Source of the DNA: an uncultured virus (IMG/VR IMGVR_UViG_3300025674_000026)
Lineage: Duplodnaviria; Heunggongvirae; Uroviricota; Caudoviricetes
Virus record (IMG/VR): IMGVR_UViG_3300025674_000026
Strand: one strand, 5' to 3'
DNA: 64,000 bases
The notes beneath the pieces are model-generated. The model saw only the letters and a program-made list of their open reading frames with translations, was not told the DNA's origin and searched no databases. Of this stretch, positions 47,579 through 57,261 are shown piece by piece (positions within the stretch are counted from its first letter, which is position 1; each line of letters begins with the position of its first letter). A program made the position numbers and the translations under genes.

Positions 47579-49720
47579 ATGGTCAACTACGAAGTAAAGG
47601 GTCAACTGGCTAAACTTCTTGCCACTGAAGACCTCACTATCGAGAACCGTAGTGTCCCTACGGCGCAGTTTGACGTGCATCGCAGGGTTCTTACCCTCCC
47701 CCTCTGGGAGCGCGCTTCTGGGACCGTATACGACCTTCTGGTGGGTCATGAGGTTGGACATGCTCTGTTCACGCCAGATATTGACTGGAAGAAAACTCAC
47801 CCAGAAGTTCCTCAGAACTTTGTGAACATCTTTGAGGACGTTCGAGTTGAACGTAAGATGAAGCAAAAGTTTGCAGGACTTTCTAAGACTTTCTATAACG
47901 GTTACAGTGAACTGTCTGAAGAAGATTTCTTTGGCATTGAAGATGAAGAGATTGATCTTCTTTCTTTTGTTGATCGTGTAAATCTTCACTATAAGATTGG
48001 TAATTTTGTTAGTGTTCCATTTTCCGATGAGGAAATGATCTATGTTACCAAAGCTTCTAAGTGTGAATCTTTCGATCAGGTTCTAGATCTTTCTCAGGAA
48101 GTTTACGATTACCTGAAGACTCAGGCCGAAGAACAGGAAGTCCCTTCTACCCCAGAACAACAAAAGTCCAAATCAAATAACTCTGAGCAAGGAGAGTCGG
48201 ATAAGGTTGAGTCTTCGGATAAGTCTGAGGAGGATAACGGTGACAATCAAAAACTCGAACAATCTAACAACGGAGAGACTTCACGCACAGATAATAAAAA
48301 TCCTTCTGGTGGTGATGCTTTTGATACGATTACGGATAGAAATCTTGAAGACTCTATTGAAGATTTGAACAAAGAAGATAATCTTGGACGACATGATCCA
48401 GAGTATATCGATATTCCTAATATTGATATTGATAAAGTGATCGCTCCAAATGTGGAGGTTCATGAATGTCTCAGTAGTTACTATGATAACGCCGTTAAAC
48501 TCTTTGGTGAATCTGGAGCAAAACTTTTTGATCATGTAGATACCAGTTACGCAAAATTCAAGAAAAATGCACAAAGAGAAGTCGGATACCTCGTCAAGGA
48601 GTTTGAGTGCAGAAAGTCTGCTAGTGCTTATGCTCGTTCTTCTGTATCTCGGACTGGAGTCCTTGACTGTTCTAAACTCCATACTTACAAATACAATGAA
48701 GACCTGTTCAAAAAGGTAACCACTGTAGCCGACGGTAAGAATCATGGACTTGTTTTTGTCCTTGATTGGTCTGGATCGATGTCCGAGGTTCTTCTGGATA
48801 CCATCAAACAACTTTATAACTTGGTCTGGTTCTGTCGAAAGGTGAGTATCCCCTTTGATGTCTATGCTTTTACTAATGAGTGGAAGTATAGGAACTATGA
48901 GGATTCTCTTGACTATCCTGGCGAACGAAAGTGTGGAGAGTTTTATATTGACCCCACCTTCAGTATGATGAACATTCTTTCTAGTAATGTCAGGGGTAAT
49001 GTTCTTGAGATGCAGATGAAGAATCTATATCGACTCGCTTCTTCTATGGATCATAGGGAAAGGTATCACTGTGCTTTCCAATATCCTGCTCGTCTTGGGT
49101 TGTCTGGAACTCCTTTGAATGAAGCTGTTCTTTCTCTGAACAATATTATTCCTTTGTTTAAGAAAAAGACTGGGGTCGAAAAGGTACAGACTATTATTCT
49201 GACCGATGGTGAAGCTTGTATTACCAAATACAATAAAGAAATTCCCTGCCGTAATAATCAAGAGGAGTCTTACATCGGTGTCCGTAGCTGTCACGGTGGT
49301 TGGCACTACGTTCGAGATAGGAAATCGGGAGTTATCATTAAGATTAAATCGGATTTTCAAGGTGTTACTGAATCTATTTTGAATCAAGTGCGAAGCAGGT
49401 TCCCCAATACTAATTTTATTGGTATCCGACTTCTTGCTTCTCGTGATGCTAATAGTTTTATTCGTCGATACTGCGATCACAACACTTCAGTTTCTGATAA
49501 AATCATTGAAACCTATAGGAAGAATAAGTCTTTTGTTCTTTCTGATGTTGGATATCATGCATACTTTGGACTATCCAGCAGTGCTCTTTCGAATGACTCT
49601 GAGTTTGAAGTGAAAGAAGATGCAACTAAAGCTCAGATCCGATCTGCTTTCAGGAAGTCTCTCTCTAGTAAGAAGATGAACAAAAAAGTTCTCGGTGAAT
49701 TCGTCCAACTGATTGCGTAA
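47579..49720 (+). CDS. Metallopeptidase-like + VWA domain protein (CobT-like partner of CobS)
   Basis: GHEVGH (HExxH), acidic linker, VLDWSGSM (MIDAS), GTPL, ILTDGE. Confidence 0.8.
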   Translation: MVNYEVKGQLAKLLATEDLTIENRSVPTAQFDVHRRVLTLPLWERASGTVYDLLVGHEVGHALFTPDIDWKKTHPEVPQNFVNIFEDVRVERKMKQKFAGLSKTFYNGYSELSEEDFFGIEDEEIDLLSFVDRVNLHYKIGNFVSVPFSDEEMIYVTKASKCESFDQVLDLSQEVYDYLKTQAEEQEVPSTPEQQKSKSNNSEQGESDKVESSDKSEEDNGDNQKLEQSNNGETSRTDNKNPSGGDAFDTITDRNLEDSIEDLNKEDNLGRHDPEYIDIPNIDIDKVIAPNVEVHECLSSYYDNAVKLFGESGAKLFDHVDTSYAKFKKNAQREVGYLVKEFECRKSASAYARSSVSRTGVLDCSKLHTYKYNEDLFKKVTTVADGKNHGLVFVLDWSGSMSEVLLDTIKQLYNLVWFCRKVSIPFDVYAFTNEWKYRNYEDSLDYPGERKCGEFYIDPTFSMMNILSSNVRGNVLEMQMKNLYRLASSMDHRERYHCAFQYPARLGLSGTPLNEAVLSLNNIIPLFKKKTGVEKVQTIILTDGEACITKYNKEIPCRNNQEESYIGVRSCHGGWHYVRDRKSGVIIKIKSDFQGVTESILNQVRSRFPNTNFIGIRLLASRDANSFIRRYCDHNTSVSDKIIETYRKNKSFVLSDVGYHAYFGLSSSALSNDSEFEVKEDATKAQIRSAFRKSLSSKKMNKKVLGEFVQLIA

Positions 49721-49730
49721 TCAGTCTTGA

Positions 49731-49786
49731 AACTGGCACAAACCCCCATTGCCTAGGGGGTTTTACGCATTATAATGTATACATAC
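49731..49786 (+). promoter_or_regulatory. Putative phage early promoter overlapping a terminator-like hairpin
   Basis: AACTGGCACA box 40 nt before TATAAT (49771), TTGCCT as -35, ACATAC at +10; AACCCCC/GGGGGTT stem. Confidence 0.65.
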
Positions 49787-49800
49787 CAATGAGGTTACAA

Positions 49801-50928
49801 ATGACCGCCCGCGTGAACGCAGACTCCCTGATTAATTCTCTCCGCGATCTTTACGGAAATACTATCTCGGCTGCAGATGTTCGTGCATACTGCGCTTCGA
49901 CTGGTATTTCTTATCCCACGGTGACTAACAAACTGGATAACTACAAGACAGGTCGCGGCAAATGGAACCTGACTGTTCAAGAAGCACGTCAACAACTTGA
50001 AACTGTAGCAGCCGCACCTGCAGTTGTTCCTCCTATTGAGCAAAATCTCATCCCACAAAAAGATGATACCTTCGTCAAGTTTGGTAATTTCAACGATCTA
50101 CGCAAGATTATTCAGTCGCGATTGTTCTATCCTACGTTCATTACGGGTTTGTCGGGTAATGGTAAAACGTTCTCGGTTGAACAGGCCTGTGCTCAGTTGG
50201 GTCGGGAACTTATCCGCGTAAACATTACTATTGAGACTGACGAGGATGATCTTATTGGTGGTTTCCGTCTTGTAAATGGCGAAACCGTATGGCACAATGG
50301 TCCAGTAATTGAAGCTCTAGAACGTGGAGCAATCCTTCTCCTTGATGAGATCGACCTTGCTTCCAACAAAATTCTCTGTCTCCAATCCATTCTAGAAGGT
50401 AAGGGTGTCTTCCTTAAGAAGATTGGTAAGTGGATTGCTCCAGCAAACGGTTTCAACGTATTCGCAACCGCAAATACTAAAGGCAAAGGTTCCGACGACG
50501 GCCGATTCATTGGAACTAACGTGCTCAACGAAGCCTTCCTAGAACGTTTCCCTGTAACCTTCGAACAAGAGTATCCGACTCCCGCAATTGAACAAAAGAT
50601 TCTTGAGGGTATTTCCTTGGACTTGGGAGTTGAGAATCGGGACTTCTGTAAGCGTCTCTGTGATTGGGCAGACATTATCCGCAAGACCTTTTATGATGGT
50701 GGTGTGGAAGAAATTATTTCTACCCGTCGTTTGGTTCATATCATTCGTGCTTACAGTATCTTTAGTGACAAAGCAAAAGCAATTCAAGTTTGTTTGAATC
50801 GCTTTGATGATGAAACCAAACAATCCTTTATGGAACTGTATGACAAGGTTGACGCTGACGTAAATTTTGGAGAAAACAATGGACCTGTGGAAAAACTGGA
50901 AGAAGGTACTGTGGGAAACCTTCCCTGA
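49801..50928 (+). CDS. cobS: CobS-like MoxR-family AAA+ ATPase
   Basis: GLSGNGKT, EDDLIGG, LLLDEID, ATANTKGKG, LNEAFLERF, ISTRRL. The ATG at 49801 follows GAGG; 49789 is an alternative start. Confidence 0.9.
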   Translation: MTARVNADSLINSLRDLYGNTISAADVRAYCASTGISYPTVTNKLDNYKTGRGKWNLTVQEARQQLETVAAAPAVVPPIEQNLIPQKDDTFVKFGNFNDLRKIIQSRLFYPTFITGLSGNGKTFSVEQACAQLGRELIRVNITIETDEDDLIGGFRLVNGETVWHNGPVIEALERGAILLLDEIDLASNKILCLQSILEGKGVFLKKIGKWIAPANGFNVFATANTKGKGSDDGRFIGTNVLNEAFLERFPVTFEQEYPTPAIEQKILEGISLDLGVENRDFCKRLCDWADIIRKTFYDGGVEEIISTRRLVHIIRAYSIFSDKAKAIQVCLNRFDDETKQSFMELYDKVDADVNFGENNGPVEKLEEGTVGNLP

Positions 50929-51502
50929 CCTTGAGAACATCTGTGACTGGGCAGACTGGGAGGGCAAAGGCACCTCCCTCCGTGCCAAGGTCTACAATAA
51001 TGAGTACATCGCCAAGTCACGGGAGGTCGATATTTGGAACGAGAAATCCTCCATATACAACAACATCATCTATCCAAAAACGGGTGAGAATCTACCCTGT
51101 TTCGGAATGGATCTGATGGGGTTCTTTGAGAAGAAGGTTATTATCGTATTCGACTTCCAACATCCCGTAGAGAACTATCTGTTCTCTCATCCCGATCTTC
51201 CCAAGGCAGATGGTACATTCAGGTTCTTTGAACCAGGAAATCATTTCTCGGAAAACATCTACGTTGCTAAATGTACGATGTCTGAGGTTGATGATCATCT
51301 TGACATGTTCAGGAAATACTTGACTGTCTACAAGGAGATGTTAGAATGTAAGAAACCTAGTGGGCTTGAAATGTCCTCAACTTATTCTGATTTCGACAAG
51401 TACATGAGGAAACTAGATCCAGTTAGTGGATACCTTGCCAATCAATTTGGTGAAGAAAAGTCCGAATCACTTGTAAACGATTTCCTTTTCAGTTATGGTT
51501 AA
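50879..51502 (+). CDS. pebS: Phycoerythrobilin synthase (ferredoxin-dependent bilin reductase)
   Basis: IYNNIIYPKTG.NLPCFGMDLM.F..KKVIIVFDFQHP...RFFE.GNHFS...YSDFDKYM..LDPV.GY...VNDFLF matches the phage PebS pattern; GGAG RBS before the ATG at 50879. Confidence 0.88.
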   Translation: MDLWKNWKKVLWETFPDLENICDWADWEGKGTSLRAKVYNNEYIAKSREVDIWNEKSSIYNNIIYPKTGENLPCFGMDLMGFFEKKVIIVFDFQHPVENYLFSHPDLPKADGTFRFFEPGNHFSENIYVAKCTMSEVDDHLDMFRKYLTVYKEMLECKKPSGLEMSSTYSDFDKYMRKLDPVSGYLANQFGEEKSESLVNDFLFSYG

Positions 51503-52325
51503 CTCTTGGTCTTTACTTTATGATGAACTTTATATGAAAGACGAAACCAAGCATTCAAAATATTGGTACGATTATGATCGTAATGATCCCGATCGACCAA
51601 ACCCATTTGTGGATGGACATGGTGACGTACACTATCCACCCCAAAAAGAAGAATACTATGAAGGCGTAAACTCCGAAGGACGTTATCATCCAGACAACCC
51701 CAATCAAGATTTTTGGCATGAGGACGGCACAGAGTTTATTGGCAATCCGTATGCTGACGTTGTAGCCGCTGCACCCGTAGACTGGAATGTCTATGGTGAC
51801 GGCTCTTACACTAAAGACACAGTTACTTTTAATATGAATACATCTGACATGGACTTTATTTCTGCTAATGGGGGTTTTGAATATACTCCGATTGCAGATA
51901 CTAAAAAAGAAGAATGGGTTTATGAATCACCTGACGGGGGAAAGACAGTTACTCGCCGTAAGCCTGGTTCTACGTCCAAGGAACTGATTAAATTTCCAAC
52001 CTCACAAGTTGATGAAGAAAAAGCCCCTCACTTCTGGCAGTACGAAGAGGACAAAACCCTCAAAGAGGTTCGTGACTATCTCTCAGGAACCTATCGTGCT
52101 CATTACACATCGAAAGAGTCTAAGACTCAGACTCTTGACTTGATTGAAAGTATCGGTGATGCAGAAGCTTTCACCCGATCCAACGCTATTAAATATCTGT
52201 CACGGTTTGGAAAGAAGGATGGCAAATCCAAACTTGACATTCTGAAAGCCATCCACTATTGTATCCTTCTCTACCACTTCGCTGGACTTCATAATGCAAA
52301 CAAAAACCCCTATGAAACTTTCTGA
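51495..52325 (+). CDS. DUF3310-like protein with a long acidic N-terminal extension
   Basis: C-terminal HY...QTLDLIE...F..SNAIKYLSRFGKKDG...DILKAIHY. Confidence 0.65.
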   Translation: MVNSWSLLYDELYMKDETKHSKYWYDYDRNDPDRPNPFVDGHGDVHYPPQKEEYYEGVNSEGRYHPDNPNQDFWHEDGTEFIGNPYADVVAAAPVDWNVYGDGSYTKDTVTFNMNTSDMDFISANGGFEYTPIADTKKEEWVYESPDGGKTVTRRKPGSTSKELIKFPTSQVDEEKAPHFWQYEEDKTLKEVRDYLSGTYRAHYTSKESKTQTLDLIESIGDAEAFTRSNAIKYLSRFGKKDGKSKLDILKAIHYCILLYHFAGLHNANKNPYETF

Positions 52326-52980
52326 TCGCACTGTTAATCTTCTGCGTAACTTCTCTACGATTAATCAGTCTATCTTGTTCAAGGAGGGTAAGAAACTTCG
52401 CACCATTAGTGTGATGAAGAACATTCTTGCAGAGGCAAACATCGATGAAGAGTTCCCTCAGGACTTCGGTGTCTATGATCTTGGTCAGTTCCTGAACTCC
52501 CTCAACCTGTTTCAAGAACCTGATCTGGTCTTCAATGGTGATAGCTATGTCACAGTGAAAGAAGGTAAACAGAAGTCCAAGTACTTCTTTGCAGATCCTA
52601 GTGTGATTGTTTCTCCTCCAGAGAAGTCTATCACTCTACCTTCTGTTGATGTTGAGTTTAATCTCAAGAGTTCTCAGCTGGATCGTCTTCTCAAAGCCGC
52701 ATCTGTTTACCACCTGACTGATCTTTCTGTCATTGGTGAAGATGGTGAAATCAAACTGATGGTTCATGATCGTAAGAATGATACTTCTAACGATTTCTCT
52801 ATCGTGGTTGGTGAGACTACTAGCAACTTTGCTCTTCACTTCAAAGTTGAGAACATCAAGATTGTTCCTGGTACTTATGATGTCAAAATCTCTCGTAAAC
52901 TTTTGTCTGAGTTTAAGTCTTCTGAGTACGATCTGACCTATTATATTGCTCTAGAACCTGATCTTACCTGGGAAGAATGA
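52312..52980 (+). CDS. gp45: Sliding clamp gp45
   Basis: MKLSDRTVNLLRNFSTINQSI...FGVYDLGQFL...YYIALE; ATG at 52312. Confidence 0.95.
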   Translation: MKLSDRTVNLLRNFSTINQSILFKEGKKLRTISVMKNILAEANIDEEFPQDFGVYDLGQFLNSLNLFQEPDLVFNGDSYVTVKEGKQKSKYFFADPSVIVSPPEKSITLPSVDVEFNLKSSQLDRLLKAASVYHLTDLSVIGEDGEIKLMVHDRKNDTSNDFSIVVGETTSNFALHFKVENIKIVPGTYDVKISRKLLSEFKSSEYDLTYYIALEPDLTWEE

Positions 52981-53504
52981 ACATCTTTGTGACTGACCCG
53001 AATCCTTACGTTTCCGCTCGGTCACTCCCTGACAAACATATTGTCAAGATGCCACTTGAGAGTTGTCAGATGCTTAGCATCATTTACTCCAAGTGGTATT
53101 TTAATTGGGGTGATCTTTACCGTATGGATGGTCAACCTTATGAAACCCGAAAGGGTGCATTTCGTAATCATCCTTGTACAAAGTGGGCTGCTGAAAGTCA
53201 CTATAACACTGCTTGGTTGATTCAACATGGTTGTGCTCTCGCTGGTGAATATCAACACCGATACGGTAAAGTACACTCGTGTGCAAAAACTCTCTTTGAA
53301 GCCAAAAAATTGTTTCACCGTATGGTAAAACAGGCTGTAACATGTTATAGTATGGCTGATAACTTCACCCGTGCAATGCCAGATGAGTACAAACTTGACA
53401 CAAGCATTGACACTTTTACTGCTTACAAGATGTATATCGCATCCAAACCTTGGGTTGCATCTAATTATCTTCGTGACGAATCCCGTAAACCAGATTGGCT
53501 ATGA
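52977..53504 (+). CDS. Pyrimidine-dimer DNA glycosylase-like protein
   Basis: MNIF...DKHIVKMPLESCQML...NHPCTKW...EY..RYGKVH...AMPDEY. Confidence 0.7.
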   Translation: MNIFVTDPNPYVSARSLPDKHIVKMPLESCQMLSIIYSKWYFNWGDLYRMDGQPYETRKGAFRNHPCTKWAAESHYNTAWLIQHGCALAGEYQHRYGKVHSCAKTLFEAKKLFHRMVKQAVTCYSMADNFTRAMPDEYKLDTSIDTFTAYKMYIASKPWVASNYLRDESRKPDWL

Positions 53505-53507
53505 TTG

Positions 53508-53843
53508 ATGAGACACATTCTTTTTACCCTTAAGGGGTGTAGTTCTGTTCTCACTGATGATGAAAGTTACATACGAGATGTAATCTATCACGCATCTGTT
53601 CAGTGTAACTCAACTCTACTTGCTCTGAATTCACACAAGTTTGAACCCCAAGGAGTCACTTGTGTGGCAATGCTTGCGGAGTCTCACATCAGTATTCATA
53701 CTTGGCCAGAAAAGGGTATGGCAGTCTGTGACGTTTTTACCTGTGGTGATCATACCGATCCCCAAAAGGCAGTAGACTATATGAAGATGGTTCTACATGC
53801 CACTGATATTGTTTGTAATGAATTTGTTCGACCTCTAGAATAA
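53508..53843 (+). CDS. speD: Pyruvoyl-dependent S-adenosylmethionine decarboxylase proenzyme (class 1B)
   Basis: HKFEPQGVT...LAESHISIHTWPE...DVFTCG, with the E/SH self-cleavage site. Confidence 0.9.
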   Translation: MRHILFTLKGCSSVLTDDESYIRDVIYHASVQCNSTLLALNSHKFEPQGVTCVAMLAESHISIHTWPEKGMAVCDVFTCGDHTDPQKAVDYMKMVLHATDIVCNEFVRPLE

Positions 53844-53845
53844 TT

Positions 53846-54793
53846 ATGCGTGACGAATTTCTTTGGGTAGAAAAGTATCGACCCAAAACTATTGAAGATT
53901 GTATTCTCCCTGACTCAACAAAGAAGACTTTCAAAGACTTCCTAGATAAAGGAGAGATTCCCAATCTCTTGCTCTCTGGTCCTCCTGGTATTGGTAAGAC
54001 CACGGTAGCAAAAGCTCTCTGTCATGAACTGGGAGTTGACTATTATGTAATTAACGGATCCGATGAAGGACGATTTCTTGACACGGTGCGGAATCAGGCA
54101 AAGAACTTTGCTTCGACCGTCTCTCTTTCTGCGTCTGACGCAAAGCACAAAGTCATCATTATTGACGAGGCTGACAACACCACCCACGATGTACAACTCC
54201 TCCTACGGGCGAATATTGAGACATTTTATAACAACTGTCGATTCATCTTCACCTGTAATTTCAAAAATCGTATCATCGAACCTCTCCACAGCCGATGTGC
54301 GGTGGTCGAGTTTGGAATCAACGGAAAACAGAAACCTGCAATCGCCGCAAAGTTCTTCAAGCGTCTTGGGACAATTTTGGAGGCAGAGGGTGTTGAGGCA
54401 GATCCGAAAGTACTTGCCGAACTAGTCAACAAACATTTCCCTGACTGGCGTCGTGTTCTCAATGAGTGTCAACGATACTCGGTGAGTGGGAAGATTGACT
54501 CTGGTATTCTTGCAACCTTTTCTGATGTAAGTATTAATGATCTCATTAAGAACCTTAAGGCGAAACAGTTTCCTGAAGTACGTAAGTGGGTCGTCAATAA
54601 TTTGGACAATGATCCTAGTGTACTTCTGCGTCGTCTTTACGATTCTCTTTTTGACTCCCTTGACGGTCCTAGCATTGCTGCTGCTGTCCTCATTATTGCT
54701 AAGTATCAGTATCAGATCGCATTTGTGGCCGACCAGGAGATCAACCTCCTCGCGGCGTTGACTGAGATTATGGTAGAGTGTGAATTCAAATGA
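53846..54793 (+). CDS. gp44: Clamp loader large subunit gp44
   Basis: LWVEKYRP, GPPGIGKT, IIDEAD, PLHSRC. Confidence 0.96.
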   Translation: MRDEFLWVEKYRPKTIEDCILPDSTKKTFKDFLDKGEIPNLLLSGPPGIGKTTVAKALCHELGVDYYVINGSDEGRFLDTVRNQAKNFASTVSLSASDAKHKVIIIDEADNTTHDVQLLLRANIETFYNNCRFIFTCNFKNRIIEPLHSRCAVVEFGINGKQKPAIAAKFFKRLGTILEAEGVEADPKVLAELVNKHFPDWRRVLNECQRYSVSGKIDSGILATFSDVSINDLIKNLKAKQFPEVRKWVVNNLDNDPSVLLRRLYDSLFDSLDGPSIAAAVLIIAKYQYQIAFVADQEINLLAALTEIMVECEFK

Positions 54794-54981
54794 TTAGTAA
54801 AGCCGAACTGATGCACCATCGCCTTCAGGCATGGATGCGTGAGAATCACTGTGATGATATCGAATACCTGGGATTCTATCCCGATAAACTGGGAGTTGAT
54901 AACCACTGGTATCGTATCGCTGAACATGAAGTAACTGTTGATTGTATTGAAGACCTAGAACTTGTAGAAGAACATGATTGA
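54790..54981 (+). CDS. Hypothetical protein
   Basis: 63 aa ORF overlapping both neighbours (translational coupling). Confidence 0.6.
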   Translation: MISKAELMHHRLQAWMRENHCDDIEYLGFYPDKLGVDNHWYRIAEHEVTVDCIEDLELVEEHD

Positions 54982-55267
54982 AGTAAAACTGATCCGCATT
55001 ACTAGTGGCGAAGAAGTCGTTGCTGAAGTTGTTTCCCAAAATGACAACACTATTACTGTAAAGAATCCTCTTGTAGTTATTCCACAGCCTCAGAATGTGG
55101 GATTTGCTCCATGGGCTACTGTAATTGATAAAGATAATCCTGAGGTCCCAGTATCTCGTATGCATGTGATCTATATGGTTGATGTTGACTCTAATGTTAA
55201 GAAGAAGTATAATGAACTATTTGGTAGTAAGCTTATTACTCCAGATGAGAAAAAGTTGATCGTATGA
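54974..55267 (+). CDS. Sm-like domain protein
   Basis: VKLIRITSGEEVVAEV...KNPLVV...FAPW pattern. Confidence 0.65.
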   Translation: MIEVKLIRITSGEEVVAEVVSQNDNTITVKNPLVVIPQPQNVGFAPWATVIDKDNPEVPVSRMHVIYMVDVDSNVKKKYNELFGSKLITPDEKKLIV

Positions 55268-55274
55268 TCTGATA

Positions 55275-56396
55275 ATGATACTCGAACCAAGTGACGCAAT
55301 ATATGCAGCAGACAAGTTCATCGATTATTTCTCAAACACGGGAAGGATCGATGAATATCTTCGCACGGTAAAATTAGATCGCATATCTCAACAACCCAAA
55401 TCTATTCCTGGGTTTGGCCCTGAAGACGATCTCTTCAGCGACTTTGATATGCATCCAGAAGATATGGATATTCGTATCTTCACTGCAGGTGATAATAAAG
55501 GATTTAGTAATGAATACTTTAATGAAAGACTGCAGATTACAATGTCTCATGCTTTTGAAACATCCATTCCAGGCAAGTCTCTGAAGTGGATTGTTCAAGA
55601 GATGAACACCAATAAGACTATTGGATTCATTCGGTTTGGATCTCCAACTATTAATTCTAGACCTAGAAACGAATGGTTGGGTGCTACACCTGAACTGAGT
55701 AAGTTTAATAGACATGCTATCATGGGATTCGTTATCGTTCCCACTCAACCATTTGGATTTAATTATCTTGGTGGTAAGTTGTTAGCACTACTCTGTTGTT
55801 CACATACAGCTAGAGAACAGTTAAATAGAAAATATAATGCAGACATTTGTCTCTTTGAGACTACCTCTCTGTACGGGTCTACAAAGTCCTCCTCTCAGTA
55901 TGATGGACTCAAACCCTACATGAGGTACAAGGGACTTACTGACAGCGATTTTACACCGCTTCTGCATGATAATATTTTCCACGATTTAAACCGATGGTTC
56001 ATAGCAAGGAACAACGACAAGACTCTAGTCAAGGAAGACGCATCGAGTCGCAAGTTGAAGACCCAACAAAAGATGATTTCAATCATCAAGAAAAGCTTAC
56101 CTTCTCAAAAGGTTGCGGAGTTCCAGACTGCGATTGCAAGTGCAAAAAATCTGACTGAGCAAAAAAGATTTTATATGTCAACCTACGGATTCTCAAATTC
56201 TAGAGAAGTGATCCTGGGAAAGGAAGAAGTTCTTAAGAAGGCAGACAACTACGATAGGTTTGAAGTTGAATCCATCATTGAATGGTGGAAAAAGAAAGCT
56301 TCAAAACGATACGAAAGTCTACGGTCTGATTCTAGACTTCGTACCAAGTTAGAGACTTGGAACACTAACCCAGATGAAATTGACATTATTAGATGA
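55275..56396 (+). CDS. DUF4338/DruA-like protein
   Basis: IGFIRFGSP...RNEWLG...PFGFNYLGGKLLALL...ETTSLYG...SSQYD pattern. Confidence 0.6.
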   Translation: MILEPSDAIYAADKFIDYFSNTGRIDEYLRTVKLDRISQQPKSIPGFGPEDDLFSDFDMHPEDMDIRIFTAGDNKGFSNEYFNERLQITMSHAFETSIPGKSLKWIVQEMNTNKTIGFIRFGSPTINSRPRNEWLGATPELSKFNRHAIMGFVIVPTQPFGFNYLGGKLLALLCCSHTAREQLNRKYNADICLFETTSLYGSTKSSSQYDGLKPYMRYKGLTDSDFTPLLHDNIFHDLNRWFIARNNDKTLVKEDASSRKLKTQQKMISIIKKSLPSQKVAEFQTAIASAKNLTEQKRFYMSTYGFSNSREVILGKEEVLKKADNYDRFEVESIIEWWKKKASKRYESLRSDSRLRTKLETWNTNPDEIDIIR

Positions 56397-56776
56397 AAGT
56401 TGAACTTAAAGATTGGCTCAATTCCATTAACATGACTAAGGAAAACCTTCTCAATGAAAGAGCAGAAGAGAAGGAATATCCTGCTTTTATTATTAACAAA
56501 TGCATGTCTGGTCAAGTAGATACAGTTTTGTTTGCTAATCAAATGAATCTGGATCATCAACTTCCCAGTAAACTCCAATATGATTTTTATCTAAATAGCA
56601 TTAGGAAAAGGAAGAGATTCTCTCCCTGGCTCCGTAAAGAAAAAATCAAAGATCTTGATGCAGTTAAATCTTACTATGGTTATAGTAATGAGAAAGCTAT
56701 GCAGGCTTTGAAGATTCTAAATAAAGAACAAATCGATCACATTAATAAGCGACTTGATGTTGGAGGTACAAAATGA
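56393..56776 (+). CDS. gp62: Clamp loader small subunit gp62
   Basis: WLNSIN...YPAFIINK...ANQMN...QYDFYLNSIRKRKRFSPW...YYGYSNEKA. Confidence 0.92.
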   Translation: MKVELKDWLNSINMTKENLLNERAEEKEYPAFIINKCMSGQVDTVLFANQMNLDHQLPSKLQYDFYLNSIRKRKRFSPWLRKEKIKDLDAVKSYYGYSNEKAMQALKILNKEQIDHINKRLDVGGTK

Positions 56777-57207
56777 CTGCATTTGCGGAACCAGAAGTTA
56801 ACTGGTCACCTGATCAAATGATTGAAGTGACTCTCAATGAACCCGACGATTTTCTAAAGGTTCGTGAGACTCTGACTCGTATTGGAGTTGCTTCGAGAAA
56901 GGAAAAGAAGATTTATCAATCTTGCCATATCTTGCACAAACAAGGTAGGTATTATATTGTTCATTTTAAGGAACTGTTTGCTCTTGATGGTAAACATGCA
57001 AACCTAACTGTGAACGATGTTCAACGTAGGAACCGTATCATCAATCTTCTAAGCGATTGGGGATTAATCTCAGTTATCAAACCAGAAGGGATTACTGATG
57101 TTGCTCCTTTAAATCAAATTAAGGTTCTTTCTTATAAGGATAAAGGAGACTGGACTTTGGAAACCAAATATAATATTGGTAAAAAGAAGAAGGCGGAAAC
57201 CGTATAA
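56773..57207 (+). CDS. regA: Translational repressor RegA
   Basis: PDDFLKVRETLTRIGVAS...QSCHILHKQGRYYIVHFKELF. Confidence 0.96.
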   Translation: MTAFAEPEVNWSPDQMIEVTLNEPDDFLKVRETLTRIGVASRKEKKIYQSCHILHKQGRYYIVHFKELFALDGKHANLTVNDVQRRNRIINLLSDWGLISVIKPEGITDVAPLNQIKVLSYKDKGDWTLETKYNIGKKKKAETV

Positions 57208-57212
57208 TTCTT

Positions 57213-57237
57213 GGGGGGTTAACCACACCCCCTTTTT
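57213..57237 (+). terminator. Rho-independent terminator after regA
   Basis: GGGGGT...ACCCCC-TTTTT. Confidence 0.7.
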
Positions 57238-57261
57238 AATGTCTGCTCTTATAATTATATA

